DNA of 64,000 nt from Corallochytrium limacisporum Hawaii (lineage: Eukaryota; Protista; Pluriformea): the NCBI GenBank assembly GCA_002811645.1, contig PDIP01000023.1:110808-174807 (forward strand). Reading direction: 5' to 3'. Position numbers and translations under genes: made by a program. The notes under the pieces are model-generated. The model saw nothing but the letters and a program-made list of their open reading frames with translations, ran no database searches and was not told the DNA's origin. This document shows positions 1 through 12,300 of this stretch, one piece after another; within the stretch, counting starts at the first letter, position 1; each line of letters starts with the position of its first letter.

Positions 1-1119
1 ACATATTTGTTCGCATTCAACGGAACACTTCCATTTCCTCCACAACCCCGCACCAGCGAAAAGTGGTTTGGTCTTTGATAAAATTCTAGCCAATGAGCGA
101 ACGGAATACCGTTCGATTGTCAAATGAGAAGCCAGGGAGCCCGCGTCAATTTTTTCGATTCGCAGCAGCAGCCAGCGGCGCAGAAGAGGTGGGGGTTTTA
201 GGAGACGCGCATCAACGCAAAGAATCAAGGGTGCCGGTACCTCCTGTACATGTAGAGTGCGATAAATCTATACAATTAGAGTGAAAGCAAACAAGATGTT
301 TCTCAGGAGTCTTTACGATGCCTATCCGGACGCCAAACCGGAGCCCTAGGCGACAACACTAGGCTGGCGATGGTCTTGCGCTCTAGGCCATTGTTCCGTA
401 CTAGAATTGTGTGTGAGTTCATCCCCGTACGGACCCGCAACCAACCAACCAACCAACCGACCGACACCCTAAAATATCGGACCGTTAGAAAAATTGTTAT
501 AGAAACAACGGCAGAGCGAGCTACAGCACAGTGTAGCACAGCTGGAGTCCTTGCGACACAACTAAACCCCCAAACTCTCAGCATTTCTGGCAGTTCTGGA
601 CTCTGTGTGCACCTAAAGAACGGAACTTGGGAACATATCGCGCGCGGCCTGTGCATGCCCCTGTTCGTTTGAACATGCATCACCCATACTGTAACAATCG
701 CCGCTGATTGGTTCGCCAGTTCGGTGGAAACAGGGGCCTATTTTATCAACAGAATCGGTCTCGTCGAGAGCGGGGGGAGTTGAATTTGATATACGTGCAC
801 TTGAAATTTCGTGACCGACTGGCTGCCTGGCAGAGCGGGGCGGAAAATGTGGAGCACCTGGGAGTCCCAATCTCTGCGTGTGCCTTGCGTGGTTGAGTGG
901 GGGTAGGGGCTGTGTACGGGAACGGGGTGCCGCTTGTTTGGAGTTTACTGACAGTGAAGGACCTGTTGTGCTTGAAGGTATTCTTTCTCTACGACGTATT
1001 AAGAACCATAGTAAATCGGCAATTATAATTGTAAGTGATTTCTTAAATGATTGAATCTAGTATGGCACCATTGGAAAGAAGATAGGGATTTGAAAAGTAG
1101 TCAGAGTAGCACAGAGAAC

Positions 1120-1902
1120 ATGAATCTGCCGCGGGCATTCGGAGGGTTAAGATACGTGACCTTACGGTCATCTAGAGCGATCCTGGCAATTAGAGCCAGG
1201 GGAATGGCAAATGTGACAAATATTCTGCCTGAGGAGTACAGAGATGAGAATCAGGCTCTGAAACTTCGTAATCGTGTGGGTCAGCTCCGGAAGTGGCCTG
1301 TCTTCACCCCCTTTCGAGGTTCCAACTTGCTCAAGGAGTATGAAGTCAGTGTATGGAAGCCCATTCTACATTCCGAGGCATGGCTTCTTTACTTTGACAA
1401 CTATCTAAACCACGAAGAGTACATGACAATCAAGAATGCAAAAGAGAAAGAGGGACACACTATTCGTCGGGCAACCAGTCGGATTATTCGACCTTACCTT
1501 GCCACCACAAACATGAAGAACATGCGAAATTTCTTCCGGGGCCGTATACATGTTGTCTATAGTGCAGACCCTGAACAGACCTTGGACTTTGCCAAAGCTA
1601 TGAAGCATGTACAAACTGTGGCAGGTGACAAATTAGAATTGATTGGTGGCAAGTTCGGAGACTTCCTGCTGGATGCCGAGCAGGTCCGTGAGGTCAGCAA
1701 GCTACCTGCAGTGGCCGATTCCCAAGGACAGATTGTAGGTATGCTGCACCATTCTCTGCAGCAACTGACTCAGATCAACCAGCCTGCACAACTGTTGCGT
1801 CAGCGTTTACAGCAGGCACCTCAGCAGTTCTCTATCAACTTATCGCAGATTGAGGAGAAGTTCAAGGGCGACACAGGCGAGGACAAAGGATCAGCAAAAT
1901 AA
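1120..1902 (+). CDS. Mitochondrial ribosomal protein uL10m-like
   Basis: The ATG at 1120 is followed by an Arg-rich, acid-free presequence (MNLPRAFGGLRYVTLRSSRAILAIRAR). The C-terminal half resembles L10 (LELIGGKFGDFLLDAEQVREVSKLP...GQIVGML). Confidence 0.75.
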   Translation: MNLPRAFGGLRYVTLRSSRAILAIRARGMANVTNILPEEYRDENQALKLRNRVGQLRKWPVFTPFRGSNLLKEYEVSVWKPILHSEAWLLYFDNYLNHEEYMTIKNAKEKEGHTIRRATSRIIRPYLATTNMKNMRNFFRGRIHVVYSADPEQTLDFAKAMKHVQTVAGDKLELIGGKFGDFLLDAEQVREVSKLPAVADSQGQIVGMLHHSLQQLTQINQPAQLLRQRLQQAPQQFSINLSQIEEKFKGDTGEDKGSAK

Positions 1903-2154
1903 CATCTCCATTTATCATTCTCATTGACATCATCACATGTTTCATCATTAATTAAAAACATTTTAAGATCTGGATTCTATGGCATGGTTTACTACAGACG
2001 ATTATGATATGTATTGATATTGATGGACTATATACTTGCAGTATGTTCATGTTGGTGCTATGGATCTGATACGATGGTGCGATCTGAACATAAACTTTAC
2101 CTCGCATGTAGGCGAGTAATAAACTAGTACGATGATGAACGATTTGGAATTACC

Positions 2155-2976
2155 TTAGGCCACCTTTTGACGCTTCGTCGTTCGTTCTTCTTCACCATCA
2201 ACTTCACGCTTAACATTGCCGTCTTGCTCCTCATAATCCTCCTGCTTGGTCTCATCTTGTTGCGCTGAAATCATCTTGATATACTGTCTTAGATTGTCAG
2301 GAACATTAGCCTCAGCGCCACTGATCTGTTCCGGTGTGCTCTTTCCGGGCGCTGATAGTCCAAAGTCAAGGCCCATGCGCTTCATGATCTCTATCTCGTC
2401 GTGGAACACGAACGGCTGATCCAGTTGAATAAGGTAAGAGTCACGCTCGGGGGACACAAAGATGTCCACCTCTGTGTCGGAACGCGTCTTCAAAAGCAGG
2501 AACGGAAGACGGAGCCGGTCAGCTTGCTGAGACCCTTCCAGCTGACGCTTCTTATTGCGGGCAACAAGGTTCTTGAAAGTAAGAATCTGTACACACAGCG
2601 CATTGATGGCCCGCTTCTTGTCCCGAATCTTCTCCTCCGCATCTTGAATGCGAAGCTTCAGGTTGTTGACCTCTTCCTCAGAGTTTGTGGGCAGACCCTG
2701 CCAATGGATCTTTTTCTCTTCCTGAGTGATAATGTTCAGGGCCTTGAAGACGTTGAGGACATCATATACACGACGACGAATGTTCTTCTCGTCATAGCCA
2801 TGTTCGGGCTTCTCACCGCGTTGGTTTTTCTCCGTTAGATCCCGAACCAATTCTTCAGCCACTCCATTGTAGGAAGTGGTACCCTTCTCACGGACAGTCT
2901 CACACACTCGCCAGCTAAAGCGACGCATACCCTGCGTCTTCTTCTCCGGTGTAGGATTTCCCTTCTTGGTGGACAT
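2155..2976 (-). CDS. TFDP: Transcription factor DP (E2F dimerization partner)
   Basis: Winged-helix segment GMRRFSWRVCETVREKGTTSYNGVAEEL, DEF box YDEKNIRRRVYDVLNV, and DP domain (FKNLVARN...LRLPFLLL...FVFHDEIEIMKRMGL). First ATG is at 2976. Confidence 0.95.
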   Translation of the reverse strand: MSTKKGNPTPEKKTQGMRRFSWRVCETVREKGTTSYNGVAEELVRDLTEKNQRGEKPEHGYDEKNIRRRVYDVLNVFKALNIITQEEKKIHWQGLPTNSEEEVNNLKLRIQDAEEKIRDKKRAINALCVQILTFKNLVARNKKRQLEGSQQADRLRLPFLLLKTRSDTEVDIFVSPERDSYLIQLDQPFVFHDEIEIMKRMGLDFGLSAPGKSTPEQISGAEANVPDNLRQYIKMISAQQDETKQEDYEEQDGNVKREVDGEEERTTKRQKVA

Positions 2977-4330
2977 GATTAGCAAACTACTTCAATTTGT
3001 TATCCTTTGGACTACTAGGGATTGTACGTTGCAGAACTCCTTACTATTACTTCTTAAACACCTGCTCGCCAAACGATTTGGCTCCATTGCGTTCAGGAAG
3101 CCATTAAACGGACAGCCACGACATCGAACTCAACAGCACAGAAATGCGGTCACGAAAAGCAAACAGAATTTGTCAAGAAATATTTGACGAATGAATGAGA
3201 ACTCTGCCGTTAGTCGCGTCCGCACGGGAAGTACTATCTCATCCGTCGCTGTGCTAAAACCAACCATTTCCTACTTCCGAAGGTTTTCCGTTGCGCACAG
3301 GACCAACCGCACCAACTCGCCCGCGGTTCCTTTTGTGCTGCGTCTGCGGCACCAGTGCCTGAGCTAGGGACCCAAGGCGTGCTGCTGTTTGTGTGGGGCC
3401 GTCGGCCGTCGGCAGTGAACCCAAAAAGCAAAAAAAGAAATCCCTCCCCGGTTGCCCGCATCACAGGGCCACCGGGACATCGAGAGCTGTTGGGTACTGA
3501 AACAACGGCTGAATTTCAGCAGGCATGGCGGGAGCCGGTACAACTTCGTCACCGGGAGCCGGGACGCTAAGAAAAATGATCTTCGGTGGCAGTCAATACA
3601 CGACCCGGGGAACGGCGAGGGAGAACAAAGAAGAGAAAGAAATCGCAGACAAAAAGCAGAAAAGTGATCTGAGGGAGGCGGTACGTTCCAGTACGGAAAC
3701 GTAGCGTATCGAACAGAGCCCCAAAAAAAAAATTAAGGGCAGCGAGGGGTGGTGGTGCATGGGCCACCGGCCGCATTCCAAACGACCCCAAATTTTTCGA
3801 GAGAGTACGCTTTGGCTTCTCGGCAGGTTCAATTTTTTTCGGTCGAAACCGAAGCGAATCTGCAGCGCTGGGGACAGTAGGGTCTATTTCAAGCGTTCGC
3901 CGGTAAGTAAACTTTGGGTAACAGACAGTGCGGTTCATGGTCTGCTAGGAGGGGGCGGGCGGCCAGTGTGCTTTTTGCTTATTTTTCCGCCCCCGGGCTC
4001 TCGGAACAGAGGGCGCTCCCCTTTGTGGCTCGGTGTGTCTCACTCACTGTTAATTTTTTATTGTTTCTCCCTTTGTATCCCACAGAGGCAAAACGCTGGG
4101 TCTCCACCGAACCCCGCAGAGGAGGGGGAAGGCAGCAGCAAACACGCCCCTGGGAGCGACAGGGAGGTTTCCGTCTTTTTCCCTGTTCTCGGCCGAATGC
4201 TGCGAAAAGTCAGTACATTAGGTACCAGCAGCCCCTTGCGTTCCACCACAGATTCCAATAGTTCCCTTTCGCAGGCGGAGTACGGAGCAGCGAAGGCCCC
4301 CTATCTCCGTACCCGACCGTGAATGGGAGC

Positions 4331-4345
4331 TTTTGCGCGCGAAAA
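4331..4345. promoter_or_regulatory. Near-palindromic E2F/DP-type site TTTTGCGCGCGAAAA upstream of DP
   Basis: Contains TTTCGCGC on the minus strand, 1.35 kb upstream of the DP ATG. A second TTTGCGCG-like site lies near 4392-4399. Confidence 0.4.
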
Positions 4346-4658
4346 CTCATGACCGCAGCCTATCAGTAGTCAATGTACGGCCCTTAGCGCCCGCGCAAAG
4401 TTTGCTTTGGGGCCTAATTTTTCATGTGCATTTCCTCCATGGATCGAAGCTACGTCCCCCCCCCCGGGGGCCATATAATTGATTAAATATTATTGATTTA
4501 TATATCTGAGACAGCGGTAGCGGCAAATTCATACGTGTTTGAGGTTGTTGGGCGTCAACGGACCATTGGGAGTCTTCCGTTGCGGTGGTGCGCTAGTACA
4601 GTTAACATGTTACATCAACAAGGATAGTTGGACTTTAATCATACATGGAAAAGTGATG

Positions 4659-5048
4659 TTATGTTGACGATGACGCTGATGCCTGTTTGCTGATGTAGTC
4701 GTCGATAATTTGCTCTGCGATTACACGGATCTCTGCTTCCAAAGCCTTTGATTCCATGGTGTCTTCTAGATCAGCAAACAGGCTGCTCGGGAACTTTCCA
4801 CTTTTCAATTGGTTCCGTACTTGTGTTGTGAATGCAAGAGGTCTTTCCCGAGAGATATTTTCCCATCGCTCTGATATCCGCTTGTCAATGCGCTCAGTCG
4901 CAAACCTTTCCGCCTTTTCCTCGATCTTTCGCGACCTCACTTTTGCCATTGCTTGGTCAACAATTTCATGGTGATCTTTGAGATCTTCGATCATTTCTTT
5001 TTGCAACTGCTGCAGCTCGCTCTCCAAGATTCGGTTCATTTCGACCAT
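4659..5048 (-). CDS. Small charged helical/coiled-coil protein of unknown function (129 aa from ATG 5048)
   Basis: Protein-like E/K/R-rich composition and a gccATGg start context. The open frame extends upstream to 5318 without an ATG. Confidence 0.6.
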   Translation of the reverse strand: MVEMNRILESELQQLQKEMIEDLKDHHEIVDQAMAKVRSRKIEEKAERFATERIDKRISERWENISRERPLAFTTQVRNQLKSGKFPSSLFADLEDTMESKALEAEIRVIAEQIIDDYISKQASASSST

Positions 5049-5329
5049 GGCGAATAGAATCGCGCGCACTATTTCTGTTTCTTCACATCGGGATTTGGAA
5101 ACCACTATACACCTCTTTATCAGATTTTCAAATTTTAAAATGACTTTCTTTATCGCTCGAGAGTTTGCCCCGCTATTGCTGCAGTCCTTCAGGGACAGTT
5201 TGAAATAACTTTCCAGGGCAGGAGTGTGGCATATTACACTGCCAATGCGAGGGGAGCCAGTCAGCCCCACCCCACCAGCGCGCCCTCCCTCTTGCAAACA
5301 AACGAGACGGGCAGGCAACCCGTGGCATC

Positions 5330-6244
5330 TTACTGTGGCTTCAGATCCTTGAGGTCAATTTCAAAGTCACCAGTCTCCTGCCTGACGCGCACGGTGTTCT
5401 TTTTGAAATAGTTCTTTAGAGCATCAATATTGGCCCAGCGGTGATCGATGACCAGCCATCCCTTGCGATCTGAGCTGAAGTCCTCGCCAATCAGCAAGGG
5501 AAGATCTTTCCAAGCGTCATAGCTCAGGTGGTGGATCACGGCATCCAAACGCTTGAAAGCTGTCCGTTTCTCATTGATACTCAGCTCCTTTGCAAACCAC
5601 ACCAGTTGCGATGATGCCAATTTCTTTCGCTGTTCTTTAATGAAGAGCTGGGGATCTTTGGTAATCCGCTGCAGTTCGTGGGTGCGGTGTGCATGCTGCT
5701 CCCAGGCGTGCCGAGGCAGGTCCAACTCGTCCCGCATTAAATACCACTGTTCTTTAGTTTTGTGTGTTGATTCCTTGACTCTCTTCGGTTTCAATGTGCC
5801 CCGCTTCTCACCCAACTCCGACAAAGCCCCACCGTCTCGCGAAGCTGCCTTGCCTGGCTTGTGCTTCGAAATCAGTCCCATTTGCTCCAGCAGTTGAACC
5901 GTTACCACACGCCCGGATTCAGCCGAGACCATGTATGGAGGTATGTTCAACTTCACCTTGACAGGTTTCTTGCCCTCACCTCCAGATGTATAAAACTTGA
6001 GCATGTGATGCTGAGGGAGTTCATGGAGGCGGTCACTCGCCGCCGCATTCATGATCTCGTTCCATTTGCTAAGTGACTGGCTATTGACAGCCTGTTTGAT
6101 CGGATCACTGCCGAATTTGTCAGGATGCACTTTGAAAATAAACTGTCTGATTAACGTGTTCACCCCATCTTTTCCATCTGTGCCTGTGGAATATTGCCTG
6201 ACCGCGAGTCTTGGCGGGCTCAGCCGGCTCAAGATTCGCAGCAT
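5330..6244 (-). CDS. Mitochondrial DUF4460 (TCAIM-like, J-domain-like HPD) protein
   Basis: Presequence MLRILSRLSPPRLAVRQYS. IRQFIFKVHPDKFGSDPIKQAVNSQSL resembles the DUF4460 HPD motif. Confidence 0.75.
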   Translation of the reverse strand: MLRILSRLSPPRLAVRQYSTGTDGKDGVNTLIRQFIFKVHPDKFGSDPIKQAVNSQSLSKWNEIMNAAASDRLHELPQHHMLKFYTSGGEGKKPVKVKLNIPPYMVSAESGRVVTVQLLEQMGLISKHKPGKAASRDGGALSELGEKRGTLKPKRVKESTHKTKEQWYLMRDELDLPRHAWEQHAHRTHELQRITKDPQLFIKEQRKKLASSQLVWFAKELSINEKRTAFKRLDAVIHHLSYDAWKDLPLLIGEDFSSDRKGWLVIDHRWANIDALKNYFKKNTVRVRQETGDFEIDLKDLKPQ

Positions 6245-6746
6245 GGTGAACCGTATCTGCTCTTTGTTATCGATCGACTACCTTGAAGATCATCCCCTGC
6301 ATTTCCGACCTAAAGGCCCTTTATGAACTGGCTGTATATTTGTAATAGAGTCGTTATTGCGGAAGTTTCTGCTATCATGGGTTAGAAGTACCTGTCCGAC
6401 TTATTCCAGAATCGCACCTGGGGGGTCACTCGGATCCTCCCACCCACCCGAACCCCTCCGCTGAAAATATTGAGCACGGATAGGTCCAGGGTTGGTGGGG
6501 ACCGCGGATTCTCCCACTTGCCTCCCTGGTCCGAACGACACCGACTGTCCGGAGATTTCCAGGTCCACCATACCAATATGAAAGAGCATGTCATGACCAC
6601 GCTGGCAATAAACACAATAACTACACGAGCTGAGTGAATCGAGTTGATCGACTGCAAACGTAGGCCTATGGCAAAATCTTAATCTTTAATCAACGGAATG
6701 CCAGGAGATGTTAGCACTTTGGGAATTTTGAAATTACGGGATCTCT

Positions 6747-7118
6747 TCATATCTCTATGGCCTTGTCCGCAGTATTATCTATTGAACCACGTCTTTGTAC
6801 CTGCATTATGCGACGATTGGCACTAATTTTCTCACCGAACAATTCCTCCACTTCTTCAGTAAAGTTTCCAGCCCCTTCTTCCACGAATTTGTGCACGACT
6901 GCGCGACTTTTAGACTTGAACTGGATACATACAATCATAATGTCTGCTGTGTCTGTCTCTACATCCAATATATCCGCTTCCGTGAAGCCTCCTTCGCTCA
7001 CGCTTGTGTCCACATAACTACGGATGAATTTAATGGCCTCCGAGTAAATCGACGGGTCCATTGTGACATTTAACTCATACACAACCGTGCCTGCACTCTT
7101 TGTATTGACTGACGCCAT
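6747..7118 (-). CDS. DUF4286-like dimeric alpha/beta-barrel protein
   Basis: The pattern VVYELNV...GFTEADIL...VCIQF...FGEKISANRRIM matches the bacterial DUF4286 family as I recall it. Confidence 0.6.
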   Translation of the reverse strand: MASVNTKSAGTVVYELNVTMDPSIYSEAIKFIRSYVDTSVSEGGFTEADILDVETDTADIMIVCIQFKSKSRAVVHKFVEEGAGNFTEEVEELFGEKISANRRIMQVQRRGSIDNTADKAIEI

Positions 7119-8145
7119 GTTGCACCCTTCTTTCTCAATGAGTTAGCACCCTCTCCTTACTTCTCTGCACACTGTTTCGTTGGAGTGGTCTTCACTGAAT
7201 GTGTTCGTCTGGACGGCTGCCATGTTCACAAAGTGTAGGTTCAATTGTCCTTGTCAAGAACCTGTCAACAGCCTGATCACGCTGCGTACGCCACTTTTTT
7301 GTGTGTCACTGTTATAGAGGACGCATTATTGTTTCCTACCAATCCAAACTCGAATCCAAGTGTGCTTTCCTGCAGCCTCTGCTTCCATCAACCTTGCGAA
7401 TATTTAAACAGTCCTCCTTCGTGTTCCCAAGGCCTTCCCCCTCACGCCCCGCCCGGGCCCGATCCTCCCCGAACGGTCGCCCTGCCCTTTCCGTGTTTGG
7501 CCATTAATCTTTTATGCGCTCGCGCTTCGCTCGTGTGAGGGCTTATGGGTTCTGTCGGCCGTGTACTTTTACCGTTAAATTCACAATTTCTTGTGTCCCA
7601 GATCTTCCTCTGGGGCCTCTTTCCCCACCGACCGCACTCCACCCTACACCGATCTTTGTCAAAGGAAAGATAAGAGAAATACCTTCTCAACCCCGGCAAA
7701 CCCCCTAGTAAATATAAAAATACACCAGGCGCCATCTTGAGAAAAACACCCGAAAAACCGCGAGCCAGAGGAATCCCGGTGCGGGCCCCGAGAGCCGGAG
7801 CGTCGATGAGGCTGGAGACTTTTTGCGGGCGCAAGGGATGTTTGATATCCGGGCTTTGAATGTAATATCAATCAATATTTTGGTCGAGTGGGTCCCGGAG
7901 GACGGAAAACGTTTGAAACTATCTGGGGCTTGGATGTTGTGGCCCCGTGCCGTTTTGGTCCCATGGCAAGCTCGTTTTGGTTTACCTTGGCGCTGGGTAC
8001 TTCAAATCCGTCCGTAATGTGAAACATATTGAATGCTCTCTAAAGAAAGAAAACCAACCACGTTCCACGGGACTTCATTGGGGTGCCGCTGACACGAACA
8101 AGGTTTAGTTGTAAAGAAATCGGAACATAGACTAGCTCCGCAGCC

Positions 8146-9234
8146 ATGTATTCAGCAGTGAGTGGACTGATGAAACAGTATGGCATGAGCCAGCAAGAAG
8201 AACAAACCCAGTCGGAAGAAGGAGCAGACCAACCAGATGAGGATGTGAGGCCAACCACAGAGCAACGGACAGCGGACGGTATGGCGACTGAAGACGCCTC
8301 TGGAGCAATGACGGACGGCCCGGAGGGACCGGACGACACACCAATGCTTAACTTCTGGAACAAAGTCAAAACTGCCGTAACAAGCAAAGAAACTTACGAA
8401 TCTCTGCAAAAAGGTGCGAATCAATTTGCCACCGCTGTGACTTCAGAAGAGACATACAGGAAACTAGGAGAGAACGCAAAAGGCTTTGCGTCAAATGTAA
8501 AGGAGAAAGTAGAAAACCTAAACCAGGACTTTGAACGCATGAATCAAGACTTTGTCAATGAAAAACGCAAGCAAACCCAGGGAGTTCAGCCTCCGTGGGC
8601 AGGGTATGACAACAGTGACGAATTGAAGGAGAAAATCCTGAACATCTCCTCCGATTCCAAATACCTTCTTTCTGCCCCTTCCGCATCGGCGCGGTTTGAG
8701 TTTGATTTTGAGACCTACGAGCCGGTCGCTGCGGCCAGTCTAGAGGCAGACCCCCGCCTGCAGGAACTGCGCAAACAATTGGTTCCCAAGGAGATCAAGG
8801 AGCAAGAATTCTGGCGGAACTACTTTTACCGCGTGCATTTGATCAAGCAGAGCTCCTCGTTGATGACGACGAGAGGTAGCCCGAGGGGCAGCCCATCATC
8901 GGAGCTGAATGTTACTGAGGACGGAGTAGCGGGAACAAAGACGAGCCGGCCCTTGACTCCTGCGTCATTGAATGGCAGCGGAGCCGAGCTTTCCGGGGGC
9001 ACTGCTGTGATCTCTGCCCTGAAGGATTCCTCTCCGAAGCCGACGGACCCAATGTCAGCACGGGAGCCAACCAGTGAGACAACGACCACAGCCGCAGGGA
9101 AGGCAGCAGAGGACGAGGCCCCTGAATGGGAGAAGGAATTGGAGGCAGAGCTCGACGACCTTGATCTGGGCGGAGACCTGGGCGATGTCGGTGCTGCTGA
9201 TATTGACTTTGATGATTTAGAGAACGAGTTGTAG
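8146..9234 (+). CDS. BSD-domain protein, synapse-associated protein 1 (SYAP1)-like
   Basis: PPWAGY...LKEKILNIS, BSD domain DPRLQELRKQLVPKEIKEQEFWRNYFYRV, and C-terminal WEKELEAEL. Confidence 0.9.
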   Translation: MYSAVSGLMKQYGMSQQEEQTQSEEGADQPDEDVRPTTEQRTADGMATEDASGAMTDGPEGPDDTPMLNFWNKVKTAVTSKETYESLQKGANQFATAVTSEETYRKLGENAKGFASNVKEKVENLNQDFERMNQDFVNEKRKQTQGVQPPWAGYDNSDELKEKILNISSDSKYLLSAPSASARFEFDFETYEPVAAASLEADPRLQELRKQLVPKEIKEQEFWRNYFYRVHLIKQSSSLMTTRGSPRGSPSSELNVTEDGVAGTKTSRPLTPASLNGSGAELSGGTAVISALKDSSPKPTDPMSAREPTSETTTTAAGKAAEDEAPEWEKELEAELDDLDLGGDLGDVGAADIDFDDLENEL

Positions 9235-9326
9235 ACAGTAAAGAACATAAACAATCATAAGACTTAACGGTTTAAAGTCTTTTTTGGGTCCGAGAGTTAT
9301 TGTTGTCTATGTGTTTGTTTTATTTC

Positions 9327-12300
9327 CTAATTTCCATTTGCGATTCCGTTCATTGTTTGCGTAATGTGCATGACATATTTGCGGATCAGCTCCTCGTCCA
9401 CTTCTGGGCAGGGGATGTTGGCCTTAGACAGGGCATCCTTCATCTCAGCCGAGTCAAATTCGATGTTGGACGCAAGGTACCGACTGAAGGAGTCGAGTCC
9501 GGCTTCGAGCTTCAGTAGCAAGACGTTTGCAGTGTCGTTAGCCTCGTCCGAGACTCGACGGCGAAAGTCAAAGTATGGCACGGGCTTCAAGGTGGCTAGA
9601 TTGCCCTTGAACATTGAAAAGAACTGGTCTGATGACGTTGGCGTGTGCGGGGACTGGAGATGAAGAATACGACCCAGGGCCCGTCCCGGGGACTGGCACG
9701 CGAGGTGGACTAAGGCCTTGGCGGCCCAATCGACGGGAGTCATGTCAAAGCCCCAGTTCACATCATCGGGGTAGGTTCTCGTTCGCATACATCCGAGCAT
9801 GATTAGGCGCATGAAATCATCGTCCTGCCACGCACCGTTAAAGCTGGCACCGCTCAGGTTTCCAGGGCGCACGATGCACACGGGCAGGCCGCGTTCACGA
9901 GCACGCAGACAGATCTGTTCTGCGACCCATTTGGTCTGTCCGTAACCATCTTCTAGATCTTCCCAGTGCCCCATGGGATCGTCCTCCATGCACTTCCCGT
10001 AGCCAGTTGGGAAGACACCGTTTGTAGAGACGTAGAAGACCGGCTTTACGCGAGTTGCCCCAACGTCGAACATACCATTGGTTACCGCAAGGCGCAGAAT
10101 TTCTTGGGTTCCGAGCACATTGGTGGCCTTGAGGCTGGTGTACGGCTTAACCAAGTTCACAGCCGCTCCGTTGTGGATAATGGCATCCACCTCACCAGCC
10201 AGACTCTTCCATTCGACATTGCTCAGCCCGAGCAAAGGCTGGTCCAGATTGCCACAGACCGGGATCACACGGTCATAGAAGCCAAAGTACTCAGCCTTGC
10301 TCAGCAATTGGTAGTGCTGGAGATTCTTCTCTAGGCGCCGGAAGCCTTCATCAGGATCTTCAGCGCGCACCAGGCAGAAGAGCATGCACTGGGTATCGCA
10401 GAGGAGGTAATATATGAGGAATGCACCAAGGAAACCAGTGCCGCCAGTCAAGAGCACACGTTGGGGCGGTTTTGTCGCATCACGCACGCGCAGACGCGCG
10501 TATCCTGTCTTGCGGGTAGCGGCGGGATAGATAGCCGGGTCGAGGAACACCTCGCGGAACAGATCCAAGGGTGCCTCACGGGAAACGCCATTGGAGATTC
10601 GAGGGCCCGTAGAGGCTAGCCAGGGGCTGGTGGGACCGCTGGCCAGGCGCTTGGGGGAGCGCATCTCAATGGAGGCGCGAAGTTCCGGACTTTTGGCCAC
10701 TCGCAGGGCAAGCACAGTGTACAGCACTTCACTAACGCTGCTCTGTTTCATGAAGGCGGCAGTCTCGAGGTTCAGGCCCTTGAAAGTCTTGTTCAACTCA
10801 ATTACTAGCCGCGAGGCAGCCAGGGAGTGCCCGCCGAGGTCAAAGAAGGAAGCGTTGGTATCAAGCTTGAGCGGATCTTGGCGGAGAACATTGCCGTAGC
10901 ACTTGCGAATTGTAATCTCGGCGGGCTGCAGGTTCTCCACCTGATCCACCAAGAAATCCAGGGTTGGACTCTTCACGAACTCCGCTACGGGGATCTTGCA
11001 TTCCTCGCCAAACAAGTTCGTCAGGCGATTAAGCATCCGCACGGACAGAAGCGAATGACCACCATTGTCGAAAAAGTTGGCGTCGTGATGCAGCTGGGCC
11101 GCGTTGACTTCGAGCAGATCTCCCCAAACCCCACGGATCAGACGTTCGATCACATTCGGAATATGGGACAAGTCACGTTCTTGCGGCTGACGCAGAGCCA
11201 CTTTGTTTTCCAGAACCTCTGCAGTGTCCTCGTGTCTGAGCGGTTTACCCGTAAGCATCGAGTTGGTCGCCGTGGTGGCGGCCACATCTGTGTTCATGCG
11301 GCTGCTGCCTAGGTCCAGATTCTCAATCTTTGGTAGTTGCTTACGATCAAGCTTACCGCTGGCAGGATGGATGGGTAGAGCAGGGATGTCCATGAAGACG
11401 GAAGGAATGGCATAGTGGGGAACTTTGTCCTTCATGAAGCGCTTTACATCCGCAACGTTTGGTTGATCATCCCAGGATTCCGGTACAACATATGCCACGA
11501 GCTTTTTGTCCTCACCTTCGTTGCCGTGGGTCACTACCACAGCAGAAGAAATCTTGGGATGCTCACAGAGTGCCACCTCCACCGCTCCAAGAACGACTGA
11601 GTAGCCACGAATCTTCACCATAAAGTCACATCGACCGATCAGTTCTAGTTCACCATTGGGCAGTAGGCGACCTCGGTCACCAGTGCGATAAAGGAGCCTG
11701 CTCTGAGGGTCCTCAGGATCATAGAATGGGTTGCGCACGAAACGTTCCGCAGTCTTTTCGGGCATGTTCAGATAGCCTTTGGCCAGGCAGGGGCCACCCA
11801 CATACAGCTCACCAGCGACACCGAGGGGCACACGCTGCAGATTGTCGTCCAAAATGTAGACACGGACATTCTCCATAACGTGACCACAGCTGGCGTACTT
11901 CACACTCACCTTGGAATCCATGTTATTCAGATCACAAACCGACACATCGTGACATTCGGAGATACTGTACAGGTTCAGCAGTTTCACACCGGGCATGGCA
12001 TTTAGAAGAGCATCTCGCAGCCTGATGGTCACTACTTCACCGCACAGCCACACAATTTTCAGAGAGCTCATCTTCTTTGACAGCTCTTCCGTCGGAATCA
12101 CTTCAACAATCAGTTCCGCCATGGATGGGGTAAAGAGAATGCGGGTGATGTCGTTGCCCTGGATGAAGTCAACGACCTTCTGCGGGTCATAGATGTCCGT
12201 GTCCGGGATGACGTAGCTGGTAGAACCCCTCAGCAAAGGCCTGATGACCTCCCAGACAAAAAAGATATTGCATGCTTCACGTTCCCCCTCGTCATATGGG

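Noticed and set aside
296-349. 17-codon micro-ORF with A-rich leader
   Set aside because: Too short to support without conservation or ribosome profiling.
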